Notes under the pieces: model-generated | What the model saw: only the letters and a program-made list of their open reading frames with translations | The model's database searches: none | What the model was told of the DNA's origin: nothing | Position numbers and translations under genes: made by a program | Part shown: positions 11,202-24,832 of the stretch, piece by piece | Position numbering within the stretch: the first letter of the stretch is position 1 | How the letters are laid out: each line of letters begins with the position of its first letter | NCBI GenBank assembly: GCA_000708835.1 | Contig: DF237330.1 | Span: 1-64,000 of the forward strand | DNA: 64,000 nt | Origin: Klebsormidium nitens | Lineage: Eukaryota; Plantae; Klebsormidiophyceae | Reading direction: 5' to 3'

Positions 11202-14200
11202 TTACCGTGCCGCTTTGGCGCTCGCAACCTTTTGCACCTTCGCACTCGAACCACCGCTCGGCCCAAACTTTGACTTCGTCACCTCCCGCCGCCGTTTCCG
11301 CGCCTCGGCCGCCGTTACCGCGTCTACAACTGGGAGTGGCCCGATGTGGAGCGACACAGATCCACGCCGTCCGCTCCCCCGGTATACATTATACATGCCC
11401 GTTTCAGGCTTCACCGTTCGGGGGGGTGCGCTCGGCTGTAAACTCAGCGACATGTCGACCCCCTGGTTTGGGAACACGCCGCTCGGGTTACCCTCCGGAA
11501 TCCACGACATCGCGCCCCTACTCGCGCTATCGCCCCATAGGGGGTTTGGCACGCCATGCGACCCGAGCAGGTTCTGTGAACCTCCACTTTGTAAGGGCAC
11601 AAACGTCTGTCCGGGGATCCCCCCAAAGCGAGATTTCCCCGAAACCGATTCAAAAGCGGGGTTGGGATGGTGCAGCCCCTCTTGTTGCCACGTAGAGCCA
11701 AGCGACAAGTCAGCTCCGATGGGGGGTTGCCTGCTGGTTAACCGCGGGTTGAAAGGGTCCTGGTTAAGCCCGTCTTTTGCAAACGGGCTCCCTTTGAGAA
11801 GAGCCTCCGAGCTTGAGTGTTGGATCAACCCGGACCCTGGGTTAGCGGTCACGTTTTGAGAGTTAGCGGTCTGGTTTTGGACCGGGTTAGCTTGCTTCGG
11901 GGGAGGGAGGGCAGTCAAGTTGAAAAACTCGAGACCGGACGGTTGGGGGGGCAACACAACCTGCATCGGTGCGGAAAGATTTCGTTGCAGGCTCTGCGGG
12001 CGTAGCGATAACCAGGGGTTTAGCGGAAGCGATCGCGCGGTCGTCAACGCAGGCGGGCCGGCCCCATTCACACCACCCCGAGGCACACCGTCCCCATTCA
12101 CACCGTCCCGCCCCGACATGTCCCTTTTCACCCCCCCGTCGTCTGCGCCTTTGTTGGACCCCCCCTTTCCAATCTCGCTCGCCTTCACCCCCCCCTCTGA
12201 ACTCAAGAAGTCCTTCTTCCCCTCATCCTGCTTTATCTGCTGCCTTTTCTCGCGCGCCGCAACTGGGGGTTCAGAGCACAGCTCTGTGGCGATCGTATGC
12301 AGCAGACTAAGGGATAACGGCAGTGGCGGACTGGCAGATGTCTTTCCCCCGCCATTTCCCCCTCCAGGTAACGCTTCCAGATCCGGGCCGCTTCCCTTTC
12401 CCCCAGTCGAGAGCACCGAACTCAGCCCCCGGGCATTCGGAGACAAACCCCCCCTCGGAATCTGCTCAGTCGGGGCCCCCCCAAGCGACATGCTGACGTC
12501 AGGCAGGTTCCCAGAGGGTGTTCCGTTGCTCAGGACCGGTGTTGATGCGACGGGCTCCGCTTCTGCCCCCCCCTTGTCTGCCCCCCTGTTCAACGGACCC
12601 CCCGTTTGGGAAGTGGTCTTTTCCAGCAGCCCAGTCTTTGTAGGCCGTTCTGCATTCTCCGTTTTGGGGGGGTACGAAAGACTGGAGGGTCGAGCAGGAG
12701 AGGGACCCCCGGCCAACGCCCGCAGGAACGCGCTTTCGCTTAGCGCCTTTCCGGGGGGTTGCTCCGGCTTGGCCGTGACCGACTCGTTCGACCCCCGTTT
12801 TGAGAGAGGCTCTGGAGGAGGGCTCTTCTCGGTTCCAAAGACTGTTTCCGTTTTAGACGCCGCCAGAGGGTTTGCCGAATCTGGTTCCATGCTGCTCCCC
12901 TCCCCAGACCTTGCAGCGGAAGGGTTACTGCTAATCCCGTCCCCTGACCCTTTTCCCTCTCCGTCTGTAGACCTAACCTGAGCGGTTTGCAACTCGTCAC
13001 TTTTCCGGTCACCCAACTTCTCCTCTTCGGAACCACCGGCCATTAGCCCCAGGTTGGCAGAACCTTCCCCGCGAATATCCAAACCCTCCTTTGACCCACT
13101 CTTAGCAGTTTCACCCAACGCCAATCCTGCCGCGTCTTGCTCCGGAACCGAGTCCAGGTCAGGGGAGAGGTTTTCCAAACCCGGGGCAGGTTCGGGTAAC
13201 TCATCGTCGGGTTTGGGTAAGCCGTCGTTGGACTTGCGGTCGTCGCTAAGATCCGGAAGAAGAGGGGCGGACGTCGATGGATGCACGTCCAAAGGCTCTT
13301 CTGCCTCTGTTTGAGCGGCCATCAACTGCAATCCAAAAGAGATTTAGATTCTGCAAGCTCCTCTACCGGTTTTCGAATCCATCTTTGTTAAAAGCCAGAA
13401 GAGAGGGCACTCGATTGGATGCAAATCGCTGCATCATTTAAAGGCCCGGTGTTTCGAGCAATGTACGAGACAACAAATTGCGAGCTTTGTACAGAAGCCG
13501 GAGCAAAGGTTTCAAGAGTCCAAAGCATCCATGCAGAATCGACGCGTCTGCAGCTTTTTACACGATATGCAAATCTCCCCTTCCATCGACGAACAACAGG
13601 CGTCTCTCTTGAGCACTGACTCCAGCGATAGTGGTGATCTTGAAACAGGGCAAAGTTCCTTCGAAGGGCGCCTCACATCTTTTGAAAACTCGAAATCGGA
13701 GTGAGACGGGACTTCGTGGCGTGAGTTAGCTGCAAGCTTACGAAAACAACGTGTCTGCCGAACTGGCTCTGAAACGAGCAGAGCTCTCATATGGAGAGGC
13801 CAGAGAACCTAACAGGCTAAATAAGCAATAATGCTTCTCTCAAAAGGATCTGACGAGCATCCCGAGTCCAGACAAATTCGCACCCAAAACCTTCGACAAA
13901 AATGCTGACATAAGGACCCACCGACGTTTAAGATGTCAGTGCAAGAGTATCGGAAGTCGACAGTAGCAGCTTGGAAAGCGCACAAGTCAAAGCAAAAGCC
14001 CGCCACCGCCAAACAAGATTCCGTGGCTCCACGAATGCCAAACTGCGGTATGAGGTTGAACAGCAAACAGCGAACAGCGAATCTTACCTGCTCCTTGAGC
14101 TTTGCTTGCTCCGTGATCAGTCGATGAAGCTCCCTTTGAGCCGCCTCGACTTTCTGCATTGCACGCAAGAATCAGAGTTTTGCACCTCGTTTGCTTTTGA

Positions 14201-17200
14201 GGTGACACCTGGCGTTTTCAAGTCCGTCAGTCGAGGCTAGCCAGCTTTAAATTCCCATCACTAGCCGCAGTGCAATCGATCTGACAGAAAGCAGAGAACC
14301 ACTTGACTCTGAACCTGACGGTTCTGGGTGTTGCGAAGTCAGTGACTTTCGTCCAGTTGTTGACACAGCATCCAGATTGTGGAGCACGAGTCAGCAAACC
14401 CGTAACGTGTAAACAACCAAAGTATTCTTCTAGTTTTCGTGCTGTAACGAACGGGGCATCGACTTACGCTTCGGAGGTCCAGGTTCTCGTCCCCTAGCTC
14501 CTGCGCTTCCGTAGCCAGCTTCTTACACACCGCCTGGAAACAGAAACGCATTTAGAAACTGCATCCGAATCCCGGCTCAGCGTCATCTGAGATAAAACTT
14601 CTGTTCGACCACGAAGGAAGGCTCTCTGACAAGTTCTCTACAGCTTTCTCCGAATTCCATCATCGCTTAAACAGAGCCTGCAAGGATATGGAATGAGTAA
14701 AGGAGCCTGCCACAGCGACGCTCTGAAACCGCTGACATCCTCTTCAGACTTTGATTGCGTGCTCCATGATTCAATAAAACGACTTAACACAAAAGCTTGA
14801 AGACGTAAAACTGCAAGGTACGGTAAAAGAGACTTTGCAAACAAGTGAAGAGTCTTCTAGCAAGTAGATAAGCCCATGACAAAAACTACATGGACATCTT
14901 TCAGACAGGCCCCGGGGTTGATGTTTCACGATGGTCAAGAGACCCTACACAAGCAGATGGACAGCAAGTACTAATGCTCGAAACAAAAACAAGAACCGAC
15001 ACTGAGCTGCGGCGTGGTGCGAGAGTACCTCATCCAGCAAAGCCACAGAAGTACTGTATGCAACTGAATAACCACTTCCAACAAAAACCACCATCGAGAT
15101 AGATCCCATTCTCCCCTCACTACAATTTCTCCATCAAGTTTTTTACCAAAACCTTGGATGGTTTAGCTTGTAGCACTAAAACAGACCCACTTGTAGAGTA
15201 GTAGCCCTTCTCTTCTCCAACTCCGACATTCATTCTGTGGCCATGATGACGGTTGTGTCTCTCACCTGTTTCCTCATGATGGTCTTGCGCGCCGACTCCC
15301 GGTTTGCTTGGATCCTCCGCAGCCTCTGCGCCTCTTTCGCGGGGTCCGGGTCCTCAAGACCAACAGGCTGAAAAAACTAAACGGCATAACATCAGCATCA
15401 AAGTTGTGCGGGCGGCAGAATTACGAGACTCAACCAACGTAGCACAAAGCAGACTGCTCAGTAAGCGCAGCAAGCTTTGGGGGCTACACTGGTGTTATGC
15501 CTTACCAGCAAGAGATTTCTGGTTTACAAAGCAGGCAGATTGTTGAGAACCCTGATCAGCCCAAAGCACGTCAAAACACTTGCGGTTGTAACAGCTGCAC
15601 TGATGTTTCTCCAACACTGAACACCTAATGCAGCATATGAAATCAAGCAGTGGGGAAATCAACGCGACAAATCGTCCCTCAACAACAAGTCCCGTCAGCA
15701 CCGGACTTCGACCAGACTTCGACCGAGTGCCTGTACACCTTTTAGCGTCCACTTCCATTTTCCCAAGCAACAAGGGTATTGAGGAACAAAACTACTAAGA
15801 GGGCGTCCAATGGCTTCTTTATCAGTATCTACGAGAGGATCAAAGAAAGGTGCTGCTCGCAGACCTCCAGATTCATCGGACTCGTTCTGCTCTCTTGCCC
15901 TCGAGAGAGTGCAGCTTTGGAAACACAACTGGCAGAAACAAATCCCAATCCAGAATTCCTCAAACTAGTGCTGAAATACACCGACAATGTTTAACCAAGC
16001 TGCACGGAGTGCCCCACAATCATGGACGTCAGACTTTCCTCTCAAGTAAGCACCCAATCCTCAGCACCGCTCGGCATGCATGCGCAGGTAGAGATTTCGT
16101 GGAGCGCTGCATACCAAGTTGGTGAAACTCAGGACAATGTTCCAGAACAAAGACCAGCTGTTATGGAGGTCCTTCAAACAACAGATTGGCCCACAATCAT
16201 TTTAGGGTTTCCGGAGCATTTTAGGGTTTGGGACGAGGCCACTCACAACTGCCTTCCTACGCCTAGCCCGCGCTAACCGCTTTCTGCTTCCGCCCGCGAA
16301 CCCTAACCCCGGCTCGTCCTCCCTTTCCCCCCCCTCGAGCAGCTCCTCTTTCAGCCCCCCTAGCTCCGAATCTCTCTGCTCCACCCCGTCCCGTTCCGAA
16401 AATTGATTGGCTGGGGAAAGAAAATCCACCAGCTTCGGAGACGGCAGCTCCAGTCCGCTCTTAGCGGGAGCGCGCTCCTCGAACTGGAACTCTGTGATGC
16501 TTTGGGCGCGGGCAATTGGGTTTGATACCGGGTTAGAAAGCGGGTTAGCAAGCGTCGGGAATGCCGGCCACGGCTGGCTGGCGGACGGGGGCAGAGACGC
16601 TGCAATTGCAGCTAAGAAAGCGGACGGCGCCGAGAGTTGTGATTGCAGCTCGCCGCCGACGGAGCGCTGCGACTGGAGCCCGAGCGACGGCTGGCTTTGC
16701 AGGCCCCCCCCCAGAGAGTCCCTCGGCAGGCACCCCCCAAACGACGACTGCGAGGCCATTGAGAGCTGCGGTAAAAGAGTGTTTACACTGAGCTGGGGAG
16801 GAAAAGACGGAGCGCGGATCAAGGGGGGTCGCTCATCCTTCAGCAGCGCTGCGATCCCCTCGAGGCCCTGCTCAAACGCCTGGTCCACTTTTGCCTGTGC
16901 AACACCTGGGATGAGGCTCGAAACCCTAGCATCCGCAGGGCCCTTCGGTGCCTCCCCCTCCCCCCCCGCCCTCGACACGTCGCTACCCCCCGCGTCAGCT
17001 TCTGACAGGCCGCTCTGTGAGAGTTCAGCAGAGGAACCCCCCCTGTTTCCTGCACCCCCTCGTCGCTGCCGATCCTCCCACTCCTGCATCTTTGCAAGCT
17101 TGCTTGAGAGCTCGGTCATCGGACTCCCCTTCTCGTTCACCACAATTACCGAACCAGAGCGGCGCCTCCTAAGCGTCCACGAGATGCCGTCCAACCTCTG

Positions 17201-17341
17201 CTCTGCATCACTCCCCCGCCTTCCCAAAGAGTCCTCGCGCCATAGGGAACCCCGTTCCGGAACACCCCCTCCGACAAGTGCGGCGAGGGCCATCGCAGCA
17301 TCGAGCTCCTCGTCATTGCTGGGGAGCTGCGTCCCAGGCAT
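11202..17341 (-). CDS. bZIP62: Group-J bZIP transcription factor (AtbZIP62-like), about 1150 aa
   Basis: Exons 17341-16247, 15367-15266, 14533-14468, 14153-14088, 13325-11202, all phase 0 and GT-AG. Basic region RLRRIQANRESARKTIMRKQ with Ile in the N-x7-R/K position, followed by a zipper AVCKKLATEAQELGDENLDLRS|KVEAAQRELHRLITEQAKLKEQL. N-terminal ELDAAMALAAL and C-terminal AAEARKRRREVT resemble group-J motifs. An extra exon within 15368-16246 cannot be excluded. Confidence 0.85.
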
Positions 17342-17820
17342 CTCGCCCAACCAACTCCTTAACCCACTGCTTAACCTACTTCCTACTCCTCCAACAGCTT
17401 ATGCTGCTCTTTCCGCTGTTTGCTGATCAGCAGCATTTGCAACTGTCCTTATCGACGCTGTCTACAGGGCCAACTGAATGTCAATGTCAGATTCAAGTGC
17501 GGAACAAAGTCCAAGTCTGCTCCCGAGGGGGTCTTGATGCAGACGGCAATCAACATCGTCTGCTGCGTCAATGCTGCCCCATTTCAGCACTTCCTCCTCC
17601 CCTGACAGAAGGAGAAGAGGCCTGCAGACATCGCCATCAATTCTGCCACGCTCACAAGCCCGGGCGCTCCCCTAGAAGAAACTGTTTCAACTCTTTGGAG
17701 TCTTTGGATGGCCGGCGGCTCTGGCAGCCATATTGCGGCCTATAGCTCAAACTAGAACGAGACCATCGTGTTAGTTGTCACTTCCAGCCTAGGCCCAGGG
17801 CGAGTCTTTGTGTGAACAGA

Positions 17821-18185
17821 ACCGGTACCGGGCTGAGTCCAGGCAACGCGCTTAGGTAGGTACCGTCGGGACTGTGTACAAGTTGGGTTACCTGCTTCAA
17901 AACTTCGTTACAACTTACAACCGGGAACCTCGAAACGGCTGCACGTGAGCGTTGGAGCCTGCCAGTAGGTTAAAAATCCTGTACAGTTTCGCCAAACCTG
18001 TCGGTAGGTACCGTGCATTGGAGATTAGGTAAACAATTCAACTACATACCTAGCCTAACTTAACATAAACAAGCGGTACATGTTTAATACCTACCTTAAA
18101 CCTGTACCGGTACATGCCATGGTCTGGCCGCCCGGCCGCCGTCTGTCCAGGGTACCGTAAACGACAAAAGGTACAGTACCAGTAC
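17821..18185. promoter_or_regulatory. GTAC-dense divergent promoter region between the bZIP and RSH2/3 genes
   Basis: 12 GTAC in about 360 bp (17825, 17860, 17876, 17981, 18008, 18076, 18104, 18110, 18152, 18171, 18176, 18182), lying between two head-to-head start codons. Confidence 0.4.
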
Positions 18186-18626
18186 CATACCGTTTGCGGA
18201 ACGACCGCGATCGAACGGTTCAAAAGTCAACGAGTGAAAAGATCCCATCTGGCACATTCTGGCGGGCTTCGCCACCTCAGCAAACCAGGTGGGCGGCACG
18301 CAACCGTCTTGCGATTTGAAGAGTCGTCTCTCCAAAGTCAACCAGGCAACCTGCATGAAACACATGAAAGTTTGTGCTTGCGCCATGGCGGTAGATTCGT
18401 GAATGCAGAAGGACGTCGTGAGCAGCAGGTGCAAGGAACGGAAAGGGCCAGGGAGGGGAGCGCTCTGTGGTTCAAAGTGTAGAACTTGGAGTCACGGGGC
18501 AGGCTCTCCAGGAACTTGTATATCTTTAAATTGAGGACCAGCGTGCTTTGCATGGTGATTGAAAGCTTTGCGAAGACGAGGTAGCATAGGAATCAACCCT
18601 GGCCGGGGGTGCGGGCGCGTTTTGGA

Positions 18627-21600
18627 ATGTACAGCGCCAGTATGACCATGTACAGCAGCTCGCCCCCTAGCAGCACGTTTGTGTCCACGACTGTCACTGG
18701 CTTCCAGCCAGCGAGTGTGGGTCATAGCAGGGCAGGAAGCAGTGGGGGTCAGTCTAGGTCCGCTGTGGAGTTGGACTTCAGCAGTCGCACTTCTTCTAGC
18801 AAGGGCCATGTCAAGGGTGGTCTCACGACTTTGTTCGCGGGGCAAAAGTCAACAAAGGTTGTGAACTTGAGTTCATCTGTGGACTCTGTGGAGTCATCTG
18901 TACATATCAAGAGGCTCAGTGGGAGTGATTTTGGCAGCCTGGGGCGTGACAGTCCTCTTGGACGGAGTCTTCCTGTGAGCGTCCCGCAGAATTCACGAGG
19001 GAAGAGCCCTGTCTCAGTGCTTTTTGGGGGTTCGCCTGTTGCGTCTCTCTTGTCGCATGATGGGAGTCAAGGCCTCCCGCCTCTAGACCGCAGCCATCAG
19101 GCAGATAGGCAGCAGCGGAAAAGCTCAGGCACGCTATCTGAGGTTAGAAGGAGGTCGCTAAGGGGTCACGAAGATGACGGGACCGTCATTCTGTCCCGGC
19201 GGGTGTTGGAAGATGACCCTGAATCGCCCCCAGAGTTCAGTTTACGAGCAGGGCTTCTGGATATCACTTTGGATCTAGACCATGTAGACGAAGAGTCGCT
19301 CGCTTCGCCTTCCGCGCAGTCCCTCCCAGCGTTCCTATCCCCAGCAACTCTTCAGCGCAACACGTCAATGGGCCGCTCCTTTGGTCTGGACAGCCCTGAT
19401 GTAAGGCCTCAGCAGTCCGGTGCTTTCAGCCCTTATCCAGCCAGGAGGGAGCTGGAGCCTCGGTCACCGAGACCGTTAAGAAAGCTGACGGCAGAGGAGC
19501 ATCTTCTGAAGGCTCAGGAGCTGCATGGTCTCTTCAGCGATCCGCTGGTCGTGCTCGCTTTTAGGATAGCAGCAGATGCACATGAGGGCCGGGTAAGTTG
19601 AATGACTATGAAGCCTTTCCGCTTTCATGCATGTATGTATGCTTCTCTGCCAGTTTAGCTGCCTGTGCAAGCAGTCATAGAAGAGAAGGCTGCCTTGAAT
19701 GAGCAGGTTGGCATGTGGTCAGTGCTATGCTTTTTGCTTCATGTTTGCAAAGATGTACCGGCTTTCAAGAAAACAAGCTGGCAGAATTTGCGGACGGGCT
19801 GGCTTAGCTCAACTATTGCATTCTGCACCTTCAACTTAGGCATCGACAGTTGAGAGTTCATTCGTATTAAAAATGGAGGAGGTCGTTGCTGGAAGCCTGT
19901 GTTGCAAGGCAGTGAGACGTGACATTAGTCCGCCAGCAAACAAGTTCTCAAGCATACATGAAATAGTAGTTGGAAGGAACAGTGGTTTTGATGCAACTTG
20001 CCTTAGAAACATGGTCTAGAATGCCTTTGGTGGAAGTTCTTTCAATGGATACATGTGGACGAAAGACTAGGGTTCTGTACTGGAAAGCTGCATACCGCAG
20101 AAGGTTGCGTCTTCTGATGCTTGCTCCTAAGGTGCACGCCTGAAAGTCACTGTTGACTACTTGGATCTGCTTTGAGTTATCTCTTAACACTCGCGGCTGC
20201 TGTACTTGGTGAATGGTTGGCAGTGTCCTAGGTAATTGGGTTCGATCTGGTCAGACAAGGCCGAAAATACATGTAGGCAAACACCAGTAATCACATCTGT
20301 CTTACTTTTCAGGTACGTCGGAACGGGGAGCTGAACATTGTACATTGCTTAGAAGCGGCCAAGATCCTAGCAGAAAGCACGCGGGACAGGGTTATGGTTG
20401 CAGCAGGGCTCCTACATGACGTTCTAGACGATACGCTGATGTCAGAGGCCGATCTGTTCAGGCAGATTGGCCCGGAAGTCACAGCTCTAGTTGCTGGCGT
20501 CACCAAGATGGGGAACATCTCGCAGATTGTGCGGGACACGGCGGAGTCCAGCGGGTTGATGAACGTGGACAACTTGCGGACTCTCATTTTGGCCATGTCG
20601 GATCCGAGAGCAGTGATTGTGAAGCTAGCAGACAGACTGCATAACCTACGCACGCTAGATGCGCTCCCGCGCCATAAGCAGCTGGGGATTGCTCGGGAGA
20701 CGCTGGATGTGTTTGCGAACCTGGCGCGGCGACTAGGCGTTTGGAACATCAAGACCGAGATGGAGGACATCTGCTTCAAGTACCTGATGCCTGTGGAGTA
20801 TGGCAACCTGAAGGCTAGGCTGGCAGAGGGCTACGATCTGCACGAGTCAGTCGAGGCGGCTGTGCGAGAGGTCGATGCGGCGCTCAGGGCAAAGGGGATC
20901 GGGTACCTGGACCTCTCAGGAAGGCCAAAGAACCTGTACAGCATCCATTCAAAGATGAAGCAGTAAGCACAATCCTACATGGTCGCAGATTGTTTTCTTC
21001 ATCTGATCAGCTTTCCTGCTTTCACGCTTGCCCTTTACCTTTTGCAACAGGCTGCTCGGTCTACTCCGCAGAGCAGGTATGCCAGAGAGTATTGAAACCA
21101 TACTTGCACTGGCTTCTGAAGAGAAAAAACGCTCGGGCACAGGAGGTCTGCACCTGCCGGGGGTCACGCTTTGGTTGCAGCTTGTGAAGTGGCTTTTCCT
21201 CAGACCATTTTCTGTCCAAGCAAGATATCCGCTGATTGAGAGCTGACAGGTTTTCTATACGTGTGCTGATTGAAGGATTTGGTTGATCACTAATTGCCGA
21301 ACTTGTGACAAAGGTAATCTGTGCATGACGCTTGCCCTGTCAAGTTTCCTAAGCATCTTTGTTTTCCAGAGGATAAGTGTGGCAGCTATTATTGCAACTC
21401 TCTCGTGTTGGTAAAATCGGTGACCTGCTTTTGTCATGCTAGCCTGAAGGCAGGGATTAGTTTTGCATCTTGTTGAAGCCGGGTCCTGTTTTAGGGTTTG
21501 TCCCTGGAACCTTATCTCCTATCCCTCTTCTCAAGTATTGTCCACACCAATAGCAGGTCCTTTCATTGCTTCCGACTCGGACCAAATTTTGACGGATGCG

Positions 21601-23536
21601 GAGCTCCGTCGCCCCATCCTTTTCTTGCAAATGCAGCTTTCCCCCCCTTTTTGCCCTCTTTCACTCAAGCTTGCTGGCCCCCTCCTGGGGTGACCCGATC
21701 CATTTCCACCCATATTCATCTATCTTCTGCCTCCAATGTGTCAAAGCTCGCCTCTTAATCCTCTTAATGTCCATTTCACCTTTCCCCTGCGTTCAAGAAC
21801 CTTGGATATTCCCCCAAGAAACCCACATACCTTCCCAATAAATTCCTCCATGAAGCTTATATATCCGCCCGCCCCCTTTTGCAGAAAGGGCCGCAACAGC
21901 CTGGAGGACATTTACGACGTGCGTGGAATCCGCATCATCGTCAACTCGGTCGCCGACTGCTACGCTGCGCTCGAGGTCGTGCAGACGCTCTGGCACCAGA
22001 TCCCCTCCAAATTCAAGGACTACATCAAGTCGCCCAAGAACAACGGCTACCAATCGCTGCACACGGTGTTGCGAGACAGGGACGGGTACCCGATTGAGGT
22101 GCAGCTGCGCACGGAGAGCATGCATGTCGCGGCGGAGTATGGCGTGGCGGCGCATTGGCGCTACAAGGAGTGCGTGGTGGGGGGTGAGGCGTCAACTCAC
22201 TGGCTTCCTTTGAGGCTTCAAGAACAAACAAGTGCACCATGAGTGTAGCCGATGAGCTGTTGAATGTTGCATCTGCAGATAAAAGGAGCTGTCTTTGCTT
22301 TTTCCAAGGACTTGGGACTCGCATAGCTTCTACAAAAAGCACCCGTACTCGGGTGAGCAGGTAATGATGCACGATTTCAAACTCTGGTCGTCAACCCTCC
22401 ACTCAACTGCTCATTGCTGAGCTTCTCTTTTTTTCAACTCTGCTTTTCTGAGAGTCCACTAATCTCTTTCCCAACCCTGGCAGGTAACAAGGCGAGCTAC
22501 TCCAGTCAAGTGGTCGCCTGGGCGCGCTACATCATCTCGTTCCTAGTAGAGGCGTCCGACAACAAGGTCCGAGTGGCTGGCCACGACAGCCGCCCTCCCC
22601 CCTGCCCCTTCCCCGAGCACGAGGCGAGCTGTGCGAATGCCCCCCTCGCGGCGGGGCTGTGCCTGGACGGTATTGATGGGGCGCCTGTGCTCGTGATTGA
22701 GCGGGAAAATGATGTGGTACGTGGCTAATAGTTGTTGCTTGTGGATTACTAGTCGCTCTGGTTGCACTAAATCTGAAGACAGGTGCAATCCTGAGCTGCA
22801 GTCTCTTCCAGTCTGCTTGGAAAAGGGGTTGTGTGTTTCGAATGCTTGTGTTTGTTTTAGGAAACTGTCTTCTCCTTTAGTGATCGGAGAACGCCATTTT
22901 GAACAGACGTCTTGTTTCTCTGCAATGCTTCAGCACTTTCCTTTGTTGGAAGGATTGCCCAGGTTCATTGGTTCGTTTTTATTGATGTAAAGATCATAGC
23001 TTCTCAGTGATTTCCAGTCTTTCCTTGCGCCATTTCATTGGTTTGTCTGCTACAGAGCAATTATGGCTGTTCCACCAGAGCTTGACAACAATTCTCACCC
23101 GGATTGAATCTCTCACTTACTCACCCAATCTGCTCCTCTGCAGCTGACCGTCCGGGAGCTGCCAGCTGGCACCACCGCAGGCGACCTCATCAACGATCGC
23201 ATCAAGCGCGGGCTCCCTGCCAACGCCTCCGCTGCACTCCCCGTCATCAACGACCACGAGGCCGAGTCCGCAGCGCAGCGTCTGCACACTGGTGATGTGG
23301 TCGAGATTGTGCTCACGTGCCCCCCACCCCTAGTTGCTCCCGAGCTCGTGGGCGAGGAAGGGCTGCTGCCGCTGCATGTTCCGGATGCGTCCCAGATTCA
23401 GCAACTGGACGATGCGGTGTCGGTGGAGCTGAATGAGAAGCTGCGGTCGATGCGCTCGGGGGAGGCGTTGTCGGACGGGTGGGTTGAGGTGGGAGTGGAG
23501 CAGAGCGCGAGCCGCATGCAGGTTGCGCGGGGCTAG
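18627..23536 (+). CDS. RSH3: RelA/SpoT homologue of the RSH2/RSH3 clade (plastid ppGpp synthetase), about 846 aa
   Basis: Exons 18627-19592, 20313-20962, 21885-22183, 22484-22716, 23144-23536, phase-consistent. Ser-rich N-terminus MYSASMTMYSSSPPSS..GGLTTLF. HD domain AAGLLHDVLDD and KLADRLHNLRTL. Synthetase motifs SGRPKNLYSIHSKM, DVRGIRII, KFKDYIKSPKNNGYQSLHT, EVQLRTESMHVAAEYGVAAHWRYKE. RSH2/3-type tail WARYII..PPCPFPEH, then a TGS-like segment. Confidence 0.92.
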
Positions 23537-24832
23537 AGGAGAGCCTTGAAAAGTAGGGAGATGAAGTAGATATGTAGAGCTAGAAGGTGGCATAGTTATC
23601 AAAGCGCACTCATCGAGCCGGTCTTCGAAAGGGTGCTTGCATACCAAGGTTACTTTGCATATTGGCGACTCGTTGGCAACTTAGATTGGTCAAAATCGCG
23701 GTATAGTGCGTGTTACATCAAGATCGTTAGGGACCTGGTGATTGTAGAGTGTTCGACAAGCGGGTGGTTGTTTGAAGAGTATTTGTACATATTGTAGAAC
23801 CATGTAAACTGTACATAAACCAATGTAGTTCAATCAGCCAGGTTAATTTGTCTCATAGCTTGGTTACAAAGCCTGCAAGAACATAATAACACGGATGATT
23901 CATTGTGGCCACTTGTCTCCGACATTGTGTTTGTGCATCAAATTACCAGGTTATTCCTAATGTGACCCGATCGACGGAGCTTATTTTGGATGCCCTAGTG
24001 CATTTACTACCTAGGTCCAGAAGTCTACCCAATCACGTACTTTCCTCAGGCTAGCGGCTCAATTGGTGGCGCCCAGTTGATTAAAAGTCACATGCATGGT
24101 CCGAAGTTCAAGTCAAGCCTCTGACTTGCTCATTCAACAACGCATGACAGCTGTTGGCCGGGCGGTGCCATACAAGACTGCATCATCAGTGACCCGGCCC
24201 AGCACACTGAGTGTGTGATGACTAGCCTGGCCAGGGGCCGCGGCACGGCCGGCCATCCACATGAGCTGCGCCACGCTTATATGTTAATGATTCGAGTGGG
24301 CAGCATCGTCGATCGATCAACTTACTATAAAAAAACCGTCCTGCAGGCTAGTGAATATATAGACGATTCGAAATTTTGCATCCAAACTGAGCGCTGCATG
24401 CCATGAATGCATATGGACTTGGTCGACTCAGTATGTGAGCACGAGTGATTTGTGGGCCCACAAGATCGTCGAGCTAATGCTGAAAGGAGATTGAATCATC
24501 CATGATCAACCGTTTGCGCATGCAGACTCATCCGCGACTGCCAACTTTGATATGTATGTCCAACTTGATTATGATAGTGAAAGTGACAGTATAGCGGAGG
24601 CCGGGCAGCCTTATAGAAGCGACCTAAGTTTGCTGCCAGCCGCCACAAAGTGTGAAAATCACGGCATGCAGTGCGCATGCATGATCGACCGTCTATAAGT
24701 AATCAAAATTAAGCAACTATATATGATATGCATCCGGCCGACGGTTCGCATCACTACTAACTTTGTAATAGTGGGCAACTTATAGTGGCGCATGGCGTCC
24801 CTGATACATCCCTTGGCGGATCCTTTGGTGCG

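Noticed and set aside
11062-12981. Long plus-strand ORFs (265 and 353 aa) and similar ones at 16407-17426 and 2199-2900
   Set aside because: Antisense shadows of GC-rich exons of the bZIP and oxidase genes; no motifs.
15695-15928. Candidate extra bZIP exon (in-phase acceptor at 15929)
   Set aside because: No convincing phase-0 donor before the stop, and direct splicing 16247 to 15367 gives a sensible basic region.
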